A stretch of 64,000 bases of DNA from Macrostomum lignano (taxonomy: Eukaryota), in assembly GCA_002269645.1 (NCBI GenBank), contig NIVC01001293.1, forward strand, positions 1-64,000, read 5' to 3'. Every line of letters starts with the position of its first letter. Position 1 is the first letter of the stretch. The notes beneath the pieces are model-generated. The model was not told where the DNA came from and did no database searches. It worked only from the letters and a program-made list of their open reading frames with translations. The position numbers were made by a program, and so were the translations under genes. This document shows positions 33,881-46,433 of this stretch, piece by piece.

Positions 33881-36800
33881 ATGTCAGCATTTGACTTTGA
33901 TGGTGGCAGCCACGGCTCACCTCCAGATGTAGTATGCAAGGCCGCACCCATTGTGAAGCAAAATTCACTTGCTCAGGCCCAGGGAGTGGCTTCTAGCTCA
34001 ACATCAGCATCTAGTGCCAGCATTGGCAGGCGTGTTGGCAAGCAGCCCGCTTCTGCACTATCTGCAAGTAACTCCAGAACTGCTGCACAGACCAGCCAGC
34101 CAAAGCAGGCTAAGCTGGAGGAGACAAGTCGAGTTTCTAAATTCTTTCAGGTAGATAATTATACTAAAGTCTACTAACTTGCTCATGTTTTTTATTTTTG
34201 TCACTTTATATCCCAAAATTTATGTTCACATTACTGACCAAAATCACTGAAAATCATCATTCATTAGCCAAGAATCCCTCGAATCATTAGCCAAGAATCT
34301 CTAGAATCATTAGCCAAGAATCCGTAAAATAATTAGCCAAGAATCCCTAGAATCATTAGCCAAGAACCTCTAGAATCATTAGCCAAGAATCCGTAAAATA
34401 ATTAGCCAAGAATCCCTAGAATCATTAGCCAAGAATCCCTAGAATCATTAGCCAAGAATCCGTAAAATAATTAGCCAAGAATCTCTAGAATCATTAGCCA
34501 AGAATCCGTAAAATAATTAGCCAAGAATCTCTAGAATCATTAGCCAAGAATCTCTAGAATCATTAGCCAAGAATCTCTAGAATCATTAGCCAAGAATCTC
34601 TAGAATCATTAGCCAAGAATCTCTAGAATCATTAGCCAAGAATCTCTAGAATCATTAGCCAAGAATCTCTAGAGTCATTAGCCAAGAATCTCTAGAATCA
34701 TTAGCCAAGAATCTCTAGAATCATTAGCCAAGAACCTCTAGAATCATTAGCCAAGAATCCGTAAAATAATTAGCCAAGAATCCCTAGAATCATTAGCCAA
34801 GAATCCGTAAAATAATTAGCCAAGAATCTCTAGAATCATTAGCCAAGAATCCGTAAAATAATTAGCCAAGAATCTGTAGAATCATTAGCCAAGAATCTCT
34901 AGAATCATTAGCCGAGAATCTCTAGAGTCATTAGCCAAGAATCTGTAGAATCATTAGCCAAGAATCTCTAGAATCATTAGCCGAGAATCTCTAGAATCAT
35001 TAGCCAAGAATCTCTAGAATCATTAGCCAAGAATCTCTAGAATCATTAGCCAAGAATCTCTAGAATCATTAGCCAAGAATCTCTAGAATCATTAGCCAAG
35101 AATCTCTAGAATCATTAGCCAAGAATCCCTAGAATCATTAGCCGAGAATCTCTAGAGTCATTAGCCAAGAATCTGTAGAATCATTAGCCAAGAATCCCTA
35201 GAATCATTAGCCAAGAATCTCTAGAATCATTAGCCAAGAATCTCTAGAGTCATTAGCCAAGAATCTCTAGAATCATTAGCCAAGAATCTCTAGAGTCATT
35301 AGCCAAGAATCTGTAGAATCATTAGCCAAGAATCCCTAGAATCATTAGCCAAGAATCTGTAGAATCATTAGCCAAGAATTCCTAAAATCATTAGCCAAGA
35401 ATCCCTAAAATCATCAGCCCATTTAACCAACTGCCCGCGGCAGAAGAAGGGCAGCACAGGCTCCATGAAGCAGCGCTACTTGGCCAGCTACAATCATCGG
35501 CCTTGGAACACCGCGACCTCGGCCGGTTCTTCGTCCTCCTCCGAGTTCGTCGCTCCTCAGCCACCGCCGCCGCCAAGTCGACAGCCTCGCCCAGACTCAG
35601 ACGATGGCCTGTTTGTAGCGCCGGTGGCGCCGCCCCCGCCTCTTTTTCGGCGCACGCAGACGGCGCCTTCTTCAACGATTTTGGCGGCCTCCTCGTCGTC
35701 AGCTTCGGCGACATCAACGGCGGCTTCAGTTCGAGTTCGACACGTGAAAGCGGCCGCGGAAGTGGCCGAGCAAGGCGAACAGCAGAGCTTCGCAGACGAT
35801 GTCCGCTATCTGATGGACGGCCTGAGACCGGGAGAGCCGCAGGCCACCAGGCTGTTGTCGCTGATGCAGTGCGTTGAGCAGTGCGTCAGCTGCCAGGAGT
35901 TCCGCTTGCATTTGAAGGCGCACCGGCTGCACCCGAGCTTGTTCCGATTGCTGGGCGCAACTGAGGACGACGGTGAGGGACAGGGGTTGGACCTGATGCT
36001 AGCACGGACTGACAGATGCTCTAGAGCAGGCGGAAGGACTCATAGAGATACTCTGACAGGCACATACAGGCAGTCTGACAGGCACATACAGACAGTCTGA
36101 CAGGCACATGCAGACAATCTGACAGGCACATGCAGACAGTCTGACAGGCACATGCAGACAGTCTGACAGGCACTCCACTCGCCGCTCCATCCCGCAGCTC
36201 CGCAGCCGGGCTGCGACCCGCAGCTGTCTCTGGGCACGGCTGCCCTGTTCTACGCGCTGTCTCGCGATCGGGCCACCCTGCTGCTGGACAAAGCCGGCCT
36301 TGGCCTGCTGCTCAGACTGCTAGACACGCCGGACATCCGGCCACAGCAGGCGGACAGGCTCAGGCAGCGACTTCGAAATCTGTTCCCGGACGTGCCACCG
36401 GAACTGCTGACCAGCGCCAGGCGCCTGGCCATGGCCGCCCTGCTCAGTCTGGGCATTCGCCGGGCCTCGCCCTGGTTCAAGGAGGCCATCCGGCTTCAGC
36501 GGGGCCTCGACCACGCCTTGGAGGCCTTGCGCGACGATTTGGACTATTTTGGCGACGATCTGGGGCCGCAAGAGCTTAACGAGTCTATGCTGGCCAGGCT
36601 CGCTAGGGCTAGGGAGTTTCTCAGCTTGCTGGAGAATATGAGCTACAAGTGAGACTCTGTGCTGTTTTGTGTCTTTTGTGTCATTTGCCCGGCTGTTTCC
36701 TCTGCTTGTTTCTGTGTCCTCTGTCTGTGTTGTCCTCTGTCTGTTTGTGTCCTCTGTCTGTCTGTGTCCTCTGTTTCTGTGTCCTCTGTCTGTGTTGTCC

Positions 36801-36884
36801 TCTGTTTGTGTCATCTGTCTGTCGTCTGTGTCCTGTGCCTGTCTGTGTCCACTGTCTGTCTGTGTCCTGTGCCTGTCTGTGTCC

Positions 36885-36927
<43 letters not shown>

Positions 36928-38808
36928 TTTTCTATACTCTGCCTGTCTGTCTTCCATCTTTGTACGTCCTCATCTGTTTGTGTACTCTGTGTTTGCTTTG
37001 TCTGTGTCTGTCCTCTTCTTGCCTCTGCCTTGTGCCTGCCCTCTTCCCATCCGTCTGTGTCCTGTATCCTGTGCCAAAGGATCTGTTTATCTGCTTGTCT
37101 TTTAATAGCCGTCTCTAACCTGCTAGGCTCGGCATCCCCAATCCTATTCTCGAGCGCAGCTTCCACCCACTCTTACACAGATCGCCTCTCTCTCTCCCGC
37201 AGGTGCCCAGACAACCAGCAGCACCTGGTGGCCCCCTGCCAGCCGCTGCTGCTCCGCCTGATGCGCCTCTGCTCTGCCAACAGAACCGCAGCCCCGACCG
37301 CCGCCGCCTGCCTTCTGTCCGGCCTTCAGCTGCTCATCAATCTGAGCCACGACAATGCCCGTGCTGCCGAGCTCCTCTCTACTGGCTCTGGCGGCGCCGA
37401 CCTGCTTGAGACCATCGCCAATCTGGCGCTCGACTGCGGCGAAGACGACGGCGCCGAGGCCCCGGCTTCGACGTCCGCATCGGCATCGACTGGGACTGCC
37501 GCCGCTCCAGCCGACAACACCAAGTTCGATCTCACCCTGCTGTCGCTGGGCGTGCTAATTAACCTGGCCGAGCATTCGGACGAAAATCAACGCCGAGTAT
37601 CCCGATTGCCCGGCCTAATTGATCGGCTGGCCGAGCTGTTCAATGTCCGGTTCTTGCGCGCCTGCTCTCACGAGCTTGAGGAGCATCTGCCCGACGGCAG
37701 TGGCGCCGGCGGGGGCAGCGGCAGCGGCGGACCTGATGGTCGCACTGAGAGGAATGGAGACGAAGATGAGACTAGCAGCAGGTGTGTAGCGCATTCGTAT
37801 TATTGATAGTATTGCATATAAGTAATAGTATCACTTATGTGTTTACAACAACAATGCAGACACCTAAAGACACTGACAGGCACATACAGACAGTCTGACA
37901 GGCACATACAGACAGTCTGACAGGCACATACAGACAGTCGTAACAGGCACATACAGACAGTCGTACCAGGCACATACAGACAGTCTGACAGGCACACAAA
38001 CAGCCTGGCAGCCACACAAACAGCCTGACAGGCACACAAACAGCCTGACAGACACACAAACAGCCTGACAGACACACAAACAGCCTGACAGACACACAAA
38101 CAGCCTGACAGACACACAAACAGCCTGACAGACACACAAACAGCCTGACAGACACACAAACAGCCTGACAGACACACAAACAGCCTGACAGACACACAAA
38201 CAGCCTGACAGACACACAAACAGCCTGACAGTCGCACAAACAGCCTGACAGGCACACAATCTCCCACCTAACTGCTACCTCTCTCTACCGCCATTGCCAG
38301 GTCCGTAGGCGGTGACTTGGAATTCGGCGGCCATCCGTCGCCGTCGCCGTTCGATCGTCGCGTGGGTGCTGGCGGAGCCGCAGCCAGCCGCCGCATGCAG
38401 CAGGGAGGCGACGCATTTCACAGCGCGCTCAGCCGAGCAGGCGAGCACATGGAGGACTCGGTGGTTGCCGCCTACGCAGGCCTCCTGCTGTGCTGCCTGG
38501 CCCAGCGGGACATCCGCCTGGCCGCGCTGATCCGCACCCGACTGAAGCCGCAGCCGTCATTCGTGCCCGTGCTCAGCTGCGTAACCAAATTCTTGTCCTT
38601 CCTCACCCTGGCCGCGTCGGCCGGCAATCAGGAGGAGCGGCAGAAAAGCCACGAAGAAGCTGAGAGCATTGCTAGACTATTAAAAGCGGTGTCTCGGGTT
38701 GAGGACGCGATCCGCGAGGAGGACCGTCTGGCAGCCAGCTCCGAGGCCACTGACGCTTGGAGCGCCGCATCGACTAGCGGCGGCCGGCGTGGCGGCAGAG
38801 GGAAATAA
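33881..38808 (+). CDS. WAPL: Wings apart-like cohesin release factor, ~778 aa
   Basis: Exons 33881-34150, 35444-35972, 36198-36648, 37203-37781, 38301-38808; phases consistent, total 2337 nt. Motifs DDVRYLMDGL, RLLSL...FRLHLKAH, LSLGTAALFYALSRDR, LGVLINLAEHS and ALSRAGEHMEDSVVAAYAGLLLCCL match the WAPL domain. Confidence 0.93.
34262..35415. repeat. 23-bp minisatellite (ATCATTAGCCAAGAATCTCTAGA), WAPL coding intron 1
   Basis: Direct periodicity; ends ~30 nt before the acceptor. Confidence 0.95.
36040..36172. repeat. 22-bp minisatellite (GACAGTCTGACAGGCACATACA), WAPL intron 2
   Basis: Direct periodicity; the same unit recurs at about 37870-37990. Confidence 0.85.
36660..37075. repeat. TGTC/TGTGTCC-rich low-complexity tract, WAPL intron 3
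   Basis: Includes a pure (TGTC)n run at about 36885-36925. Confidence 0.85.
37870..38255. repeat. 22-bp then 20-bp (AAACAGCCTGACAGACACAC) minisatellite, WAPL intron 4
   Basis: Direct periodicity. Confidence 0.9.
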
Positions 38809-38989
38809 CCTTTGCGATGAGTGTCTGTGCTGACCAGGTGCTGCGTTTATTTACTTGTTCGCTCGTATCTGCATCTTGTGTTATTTTCATTCTATTGACT
38901 GTCTGTATTGAATCGAACTAAACATTTGCTTTAATATTCTGTTCCTACTTTTCGTGAGAAATGCACTTCTAATAGACGGGAGATCGCCC

Positions 38990-39700
38990 TTTAAATATCC
39001 CTAAAGTCGCCATTCATTTATCCCAAGAAGTGGCCTTCATTTATTCCTAGAATTGGCCTTCAAATATCCCAAGAATCGGCCTTCAATTATCTAAAGAAAC
39101 GGCCTTCAATTATCTAAAGAATCGGCCTTCAATTATCCCAAGAATCGGCCTTCATTTATCCCCAAGAATCGGCCTTCAATAATTCCAAGAATCGCCCTTC
39201 AGTTATTTGAAGAGTCGGCCTTCAATAATTCCAAGAATCGCCCTTTAATTATTTGAAGAGTCGGCCTTCAATAATTCCAAGAACCGCCCTTCAATTATAC
39301 CAAGAATCGGCCTTCACTTATCCCAAGAATCGGCCTTCATTTATCCCCAAGAATCGGCCTTGAATTATCCTAAGAATCGACCTTCAATAATTCCAAGAAC
39401 CGCCCTTCAATTATACCAAGAATCGCCTTCATTTATCCCCAAGAATCGGCCTTCATTTATCCCCAAGAATCGGCCCTCATTTATCCCCAAGAATCGGCCT
39501 TGATCAATATCCTTTATCTTAGGATAATTCGAATTATCCTAAGAACCGGCCTTCAATTATCCTAAGAATCGGCCTTCAATAATTCCAAGAACCGCCCTTC
39601 AATTATCTCAAGAATCGGCCTTCAATTATCTCAAGAATCGGCCTTCAATTATCCCAAGAATCGGCCTTCAATAATTCCAAGAATCGGCCTTCACTTATAC
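38990..39700. repeat. Diverged ~23-bp minisatellite (AAGAATCGGCCTTCAATTATCCC)
   Basis: Direct periodicity downstream of the WAPL stop. Confidence 0.9.
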
Positions 39701-39944
39701 ATCCCTAGCCTCGCCTTAACAATACAGTTTGAGCTTAGGATAATCTTGTATAAATTTACTCGTCTGTTTAGCTGTTCGAGTTAATTTTAATACACATTGC
39801 ACTTTGTATCATGCTGTTGAACTTTTAATTAAACAAAATGAATAAATTAAGATTAATTAGTTCGTTCTTTTTAGATGTTCCTGTGTTTCAACGCTTTGAT
39901 CTCTTTCTATGCATTTTCAGCACTTTTCAATGCGAACTGTGTAA

Positions 39945-42610
39945 GAATCGCCATTGACTGTCTGTAAGAATCGCCCTTGAACTGTCTGTAAGAATCGCCC
40001 TTGACTGTCTGTAAGAATCGCCCTTGACTGTCTGTAAGAATCGCCCTTGAACTGTCTGTAAGAATCGCCCTTGACTGTCTGTAAGAATCGCCCTTGACTG
40101 TCTGTAAGAATCGCCCTTGAACTGTCTGTAAGAATCGCCCTTGAACTGTCTGTAAGAATCGCCCCTGACTGTCTGTAAGAATCGCCCCTGACTGTCTGTA
40201 AGAATCGCCCTTGAACTGTCTGTAAGAATCGCCCTTGACTGTCTGTAAGAATCGCCCTTGACTGTCTGTAAGAATCGCCCTTGAACTGTCTGTAAGAATC
40301 GCCCTTGAACTGTCTGTAAGAATCGCCCCTGACTGTCTGTAAGAATCGCCCCTGACTGTCTGTAAGAATCGCCCCTGACTGTCTGTCTGTAAGAATCGCC
40401 CCTGACTGTCAGTAAGAATCGCCCTTGACTGTCAGTAAGAATCGCCCCTGACTGTTAGTAAGAATCGCCCTTGACTGTCTGTAAGAATCGCCCTTGACTG
40501 TCTGTAAGAATCGCCCTTGACTGTCTGTAAGAATCGCCCCTGACTGTTAGTAAGAATCGCCCTTGACTGTCAGTAAGAATCGCCCCTGACTGTCAGTAAG
40601 AATCGCCCTTGACTGTCTGTAAGAATCGCCCTTGACTGTCTGTAAGAATCGCCCTTGACTGTCTGTAAGAATCGCCCCTGACTGTCTGTAAGAATCGCTC
40701 TTGACTGTCTGTAAGAATCGCCCTTGACTGTCTGTAAGAATCGCCCCTGACTGTCAGTAAGAATCGCCCTTGACTGTCTGTAAGAATCGCCCTTGACTGT
40801 CTGTAAGAATCGCCCTTGACTGTCTGTAAGAATCGCCCTTGACTGTCTGTAAGAATCGCCCTTGACTGTCTGTAAGAATCGCCCTTGACTGTCTGTAAGA
40901 ATCGCCCTTGACTGTCTGTAAGAATCGCCCTTGACTGTCTGTAAGAATCGCCCTTGACTGTCTGTAAGAATCGCCCTTGACTGTCTGTAAGAATCGCCCT
41001 TGACTGTCTGTAAGAATCGCCCTTGACTGTCTGTAAGAATCGCCCTTGACTGTCTGTAAGAATCGCCCTTGACTGTCTGTAAGAATCGCCCTTGACTGTC
41101 TGTAAGAATCGCCCTTGACTGTCTGTAAGAATCGCCCTTGACTGTCTGTAAGAATCGCCCTTGACTGTCTGTAAGAATCGCCCTTGACTGTCTGTAAGAA
41201 TCGCCCTTGACTGTCTGTAAGAATCGCCCTTGACTGTCTGTAAGAATCGCCCTTGACTGTCTGTAAGAATCGCCCTTGACTGTCTGTAAGAATCGCCCTT
41301 GACTGTCTGTAAGAATCGCCCTTGACTGTCTGTAAGAATCGCCCTTGACTGTCTGTAAGAATCGCCCTTGACTGTCTGTAAGAATCGCCCTTGACTGTCT
41401 GTAAGAATCGCCCTTGACTGTCTGTAAGAATCGCCCTTGACTGTCTGTAAGAATCGCCCTTGACTGTCTGTAAGAATCGCCCTTGACTGTCTGTAAGAAT
41501 CGCCCTTGACTGTCTGTAAGAATCGCCCTTGACTGTCTGTAAGAATCGCCCTTGACTGTCTGTAAGAATCGCCCTTGACTGTCTGTAAGAATCGCCCTTG
41601 ACTGTCTGTAAGAATCGCCCTTGACTGTCTGTAAGAATCGCCCTTGACTGTCTGTAAGAATCGCCCTTGACTGTCTGTAAGAATCGCCCTTGACTGTCTG
41701 TAAGAATCGCCCTTGACTGTCTGTAAGAATCGCCCTTGACTGTCTGTAAGAATCGCCCTTGACTGTCTGTAAGAATCGCCCTTGACTGTCTGTAAGAATC
41801 GCCCTTGACTGTCTGTAAGAATCGCCCTTGACTGTCTGTAAGAATCGCCCTTGACTGTCTGTAAGAATCGCCCTTGACTGTCTGTAAGAATCGCCCTTGA
41901 CTGTCTGTAAGAATCGCCCTTGACTGTCTGTAAGAATCGCCCTTGACTGTCTGTAAGAATCGCCCTTGACTGTCTGTAAGAATCGCCCTTGACTGTCTGT
42001 AAGAATCGCCCTTGACTGTCTGTAAGAATCGCCCTTGACTGTCTGTAAGAATCGCCCTTGACTGTCTGTAAGAATCGCCCTTGACTGTCTGTAAGAATCG
42101 CCCTTGACTGTCTGTAAGAATCGCCCTTGACTGTCTGTAAGAATCGCCCTTGACTGTCTGTAAGAATCGCCCTTGACTGTCTGTAAGAATCGCCCTTGAC
42201 TGTCTGTAAGAATCGCCCTTGACTGTCTGTAAGAATCGCCCCTGACTGTCTGTAAGAATCGCCCTTGACTGTCTGTAAGAATCGCCCTTGACTGTCTGTA
42301 AGAATCGCCCTTGACTGTCTGTAAGAATCGCCCTTGACTGTCTGTAAGAATCGCCCCTGACTGTCTGTAAGAATCGCCCTTGACTGTCTGTAAGAATCGC
42401 CCCTGACTGTCTGTAAGAATCGCCCTTGACTGTCTGTAAGAATCGCCCTTGACTGTCTGTAAGAATCGCCCCTGACTGTCTGTAAGAATCGCCCTTGACT
42501 GTCTGTAAGAATCGCCCTTGACTGTCTGTAAGAATCGCCCCTGACTGTCTGTAAGAATCGCCCTTGACTGTCTGTAAGAATCGCCCTTGACTGTCTGTAA
42601 GAATCGCCCT
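39945..42610. repeat. Highly homogeneous 23-bp satellite (AAGAATCGCCCTTGACTGTCTGT), over 100 copies
   Basis: Near-perfect periodicity, especially 40760-42230. Confidence 0.98.
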
Positions 42611-43269
42611 AGATGCCACACCGTGGAAATAAAATAAATAGTTAATTGCAGTTCGCAGTTAATATATTCGTGTATTTATCTTGTTAATTAGTCTGTTTTT
42701 ATTATTAATTGTCAATGGCTTTATTTAAATATTAAAATTACTCTAGGCACTTCTGAGAATATGAAAAAATGCCTGTGTGTTTATAATTAATGACTATGCG
42801 CTGGAAATTATTGTCCAAATCCGTTTGTTTAATTTAACTATTACTGTTGTGTAAATAGTAAATTTTGTTTGAATGCAAAGTAACAAAATACACAAACGCC
42901 GACCACAACATTTGGATTTTTATGGTTTGAAATATTCAATACAGCTTATTTCGCCAGTTCACTTAATTGAAAATTGTTCCTACGGGTAACTGACTGCTAA
43001 TTTTATGTGATTTTGTTTAAAAAATTAAGTCACTGCGCTGCGGATGTAAATTAGGTTATTCTTGGTTTTGCCGATATGTATCGAAAAACACATAACTACA
43101 GAATACATGATTAGAAATAATAATACGATAATACAATAAGTCTAGTAAACGAATTTTCGACTGCTTTTCATCTGGTAAAAAATAATTAAAAGCGCCCGTG
43201 AACTTTATAATATAACGAATAAAAAATATCTAAATTGCGAACTGTTTTACTGCGAGAAAAGCAAAAATA

Positions 43270-43342
43270 TGTCCAAGATGGGACTCGAACCCACAATCTT
43301 CGGCTCCGGAAACCGACGCCTTATCCATTAGGCCACTTGGAC
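43270..43342 (-). tRNA. tRNA-Arg (anticodon CCG)
   Basis: GTCCAAG/CTTGGAC acceptor stem, D-loop GGCCTAATGGATAAGGC, anticodon arm TCGGT-TTCCGGA-GCCGA, T-arm GTGGG-TTCGAGT-CCCAT, and a TTTTT Pol III terminator immediately 3'. Confidence 0.95.
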
Positions 43343-43969
43343 CTCGGTACGGTGGCGTCTGAGTTGGCTATATATATACACGCATAGGTTTAGTCTTCTT
43401 TGTTTGCTTTAAACAACTTTTTAATATGAGCTAGTTTGTACGGATTGAAAAGAATCCGATTTTCTAGAGTAGCAGTAGCATATAAATCATTATTAACTCC
43501 TTATGTTAGCGCCGTCGTCACTATACTCCCTTACCCTAACACTCAAAACGGGAAATAAAACTAAATAGTGCAGGTTAGGGAAATTTGTGCGGTACTAAAT
43601 TCCTTAGATTGCAATTGCACATGTGTGTATTACACAGCATTTCATGCAAAGTATTAGGGTGGGGTTAGAATCGTGTCAGCAGTTTTTCCGGTGCTGTGGG
43701 CTAGTCATTTTTTACCCGTTGAAATGCCAGTTTGCGCCCAAATCGTACCGAATGTCTTAATAGTGCACAGTTAGTCAAGGAAAACGGCCGGCTTACTTTA
43801 TTTCGGAATTCGAAATGTACTTTTAATTTCAGTCTTTCTGTCTAATTGCAATCAGAATTTTTATAGCTATCAATGTGTAGATAATTAAAAATGTAATGCT
43901 TCGCTTAGCTCTTACATTGTACATATTGAGAATTGTGGCGTTGGGCGTATGACACCCCTTATTTGCACA

Positions 43970-44720
43970 TTGACACCCATCCAGACACCCTGAACACCCA
44001 TCCAGACACCCTGACACCCGCCCAGACACCCTGACACCCATCTAGACACCCTGACACCCATCTAGACACCCTGAAACCCATCTAGACACCCTGACACCCA
44101 TCTAGACACCCTGACACCCATCCAGACACCCTGACACCCATCCAGACACCCTGACACCCATCCAGACACCCTGACACCCATCTAGACACCCTGACACCCA
44201 CCCTGACACCCTGACACCCATCTAGACACCCTGAAACCCATCTAGACACCCTGACACCCATCTAGACACCCTGACACCCATCCAGACACCCTGACACCCA
44301 TCCAGACACCCTGACACCCATCCAGACACCCTGACACCCATCCAGACACCCTGACACCCATCCAGACACCCTGACACCCATCTAAACACCCTGACACCCA
44401 TCTAGACACCCTGACACCCATCCAGACACCCTGACACCCATCCAGACACCCTGACACCCATCCAGACACCCTGACACCCATCCAGACACCCTGACACCCA
44501 TCCAGACACCCTGACACCCATCCAGACACCCTGACACCCATCTAAACACCCTGACACCCATCTAAACACCCTGACACCCATCTAAACACCCTGACACCCA
44601 TCTAAACACCCTGACACCCATCTAAACACCCTGACACCCATCTAAACACCCTGACACCCATCTTAATCTTAACACCCTGACACCCATCTAAACATCCTGA
44701 CACCCATCTAAACATCCTGA
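43970..44720. repeat. 20-bp minisatellite (GACACCCTGACACCCATCCA)
   Basis: Direct periodicity. Confidence 0.95.
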
Positions 44721-44874
44721 CACCATCACCCATTCAGACACCCTGGCTTCACATTCACATGTATTAGACTATTAGTACACGCATTGTTGGCAACCATCCG
44801 CAATAAAAAATGCCTACTGTACACCCAGTTGTCAATTGAAGCAATAAATAACTGAATTTCGGTTAATGCAGAAC

Positions 44875-45065
44875 CAGGGGCGTAGCCAGGAATTTCCTAC
44901 GGGGGGGGGGATACACCAAGGTGAATTTCCTACGGGGGGGGATACACCAAGGTAAAAGTGCTCACATGGTAGCATGTATAGCGAAAAAGTGCAACAAAAA
45001 AGTTTTGGTCAGGCTCTTCGGGGGGGGATACATCCCCCCTGATCCCCCCCCTCCCTACGCCACTG
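44875..45065. mobile_element. 191-bp hAT-like MITE
   Basis: TIRs CAGGGGCGTAG / CTACGCCACTG and a perfect 8-bp TSD TGCAGAAC (44867-44874, 45066-45073). Carries an internal ~30-bp duplication. Confidence 0.88.
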
Positions 45066-46402
45066 TGCAGAACTGCTATAACTGCGCTCTCTTGTCCTTC
45101 AGACTTTCGCTACTGTATACATGTACGAGTATGCGAGTAACTATACACAGTAATTAGCCAGTTATATAGTCAGCGGCTAATACTCGCTCACATGAAAGTT
45201 AGCTTCTTGGCCTGATTTCAGGTCAGACAGTTCCAGTTCATATTGCTCTTTCTTTGTTTTCAATATTGCTGTGTGCACCTGAAGCTCGTGATGAATGAAT
45301 GGATATAGAGCCAGTTAGAAGATTCTTGAAGCTACTGATCTATACAACTTGGGGAAATCCCCGCGAGGACCCTTACTTCCCACTTCTACTGTGGGGCCTG
45401 CTTGGGGGAATTAACAAAGTCCTGGAACTGGATGGAACCCTGTTGCACTGTCCCAGATTCCGGATGTATAGAATTTTCCTTTGCTAAATCCGCTTTATAT
45501 GTTGGACAGCGAGCTTAAATCATCGCGGAATCTTCATCGAAGTCACGAATAGCGCTCGCAAATCTGCGTGAACTGGCAGTGGCTTTCTTAATTCTTACCC
45601 GTCTTCTTGACCGTTGTCTTTTCTGTATCTAATACATGTACAATTAATTATACACGTACATGTACATCGTACATGTGAATATCACGCGAGGGTGGACACA
45701 GATGGGTAAGAAAAATATCATATGATTCGTATTAGTACTATATTAACTGCAGAATGTTTAGCTACATGCTACAGTTTGTTGGAAATCTGGAGTCTGAAAG
45801 GAACGGAACGCATAGGGCTAGAAATGCATGGTCACATGCATGAATTTTATTACGCTAATAAATAATGCTAATAGCTCATACATGACATATAGAGATGGAG
45901 GTAACCCTGACCTGACTTCATCCATAGTTAGCTTTTATAGCCTACATGTTCTCTACTCTCTCACGGTCGCTCCAATGGCAAAGTAATTATTGGGCTGAAC
46001 TCTGCTTCAGTTTTCTTTCTCTTTTACGTTCTTTCTAGTCCCGAAAATTTCCTTAACCCGACACACCACACCGTCATCCATTGCAGTACAATTTGCGACT
46101 GCCAGTCTGCAACTGCAATCCCATGATTACCATGCAGATAGAGAGGAATAGTACCGGAACGGGACGGGCGCGCCCGCCCCCGTCTACTTGATTTGAATCA
46201 ATTGCGACCTGGGAGTGGGACTCCCTGGGAGTCGGGACTGGAGTGGACAGGGAAGGCAAAAACGACTGGTGACGTTGGCAGACGGCGCGGGGGACGGGTA
46301 TGCCTTTCTTTGCTCTTTCTCTACCCCTTTCACGCGCGTAGCGAGTGGAAACGCCAAGCCCTTACCACGCATGCATATACGCGCGTCAACGTCCGATGTT
46401 AG

Positions 46403-46433
46403 CCAATGAGAATGCGGCAACTGGTCACGTGAC
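46403..46433 (+). promoter_or_regulatory. Candidate NLK promoter elements: CCAAT box plus palindromic E-box GTCACGTGAC
   Basis: Motifs seen in a CpG-rich segment ~750 nt upstream of the NLK ATG; function is inferred. Confidence 0.35.

Noticed and set aside
35418-35443. Apparent phase conflict at WAPL exon 2 using the first AG (35417)
   Set aside because: The acceptor at 35443 (GCGGCAG|AAG), with TTTAAC as a branch-like motif, is in phase.
40570-42621. 683-aa and 621-aa ORFs
   Set aside because: Translation of a stop-free 23-bp satellite; the same peptide appears in all frames.
45285-45340. GTGATGA...CTGA resembling a C/D snoRNA
   Set aside because: Only ~50 nt between the boxes, no terminal stem, and no recognisable guide.
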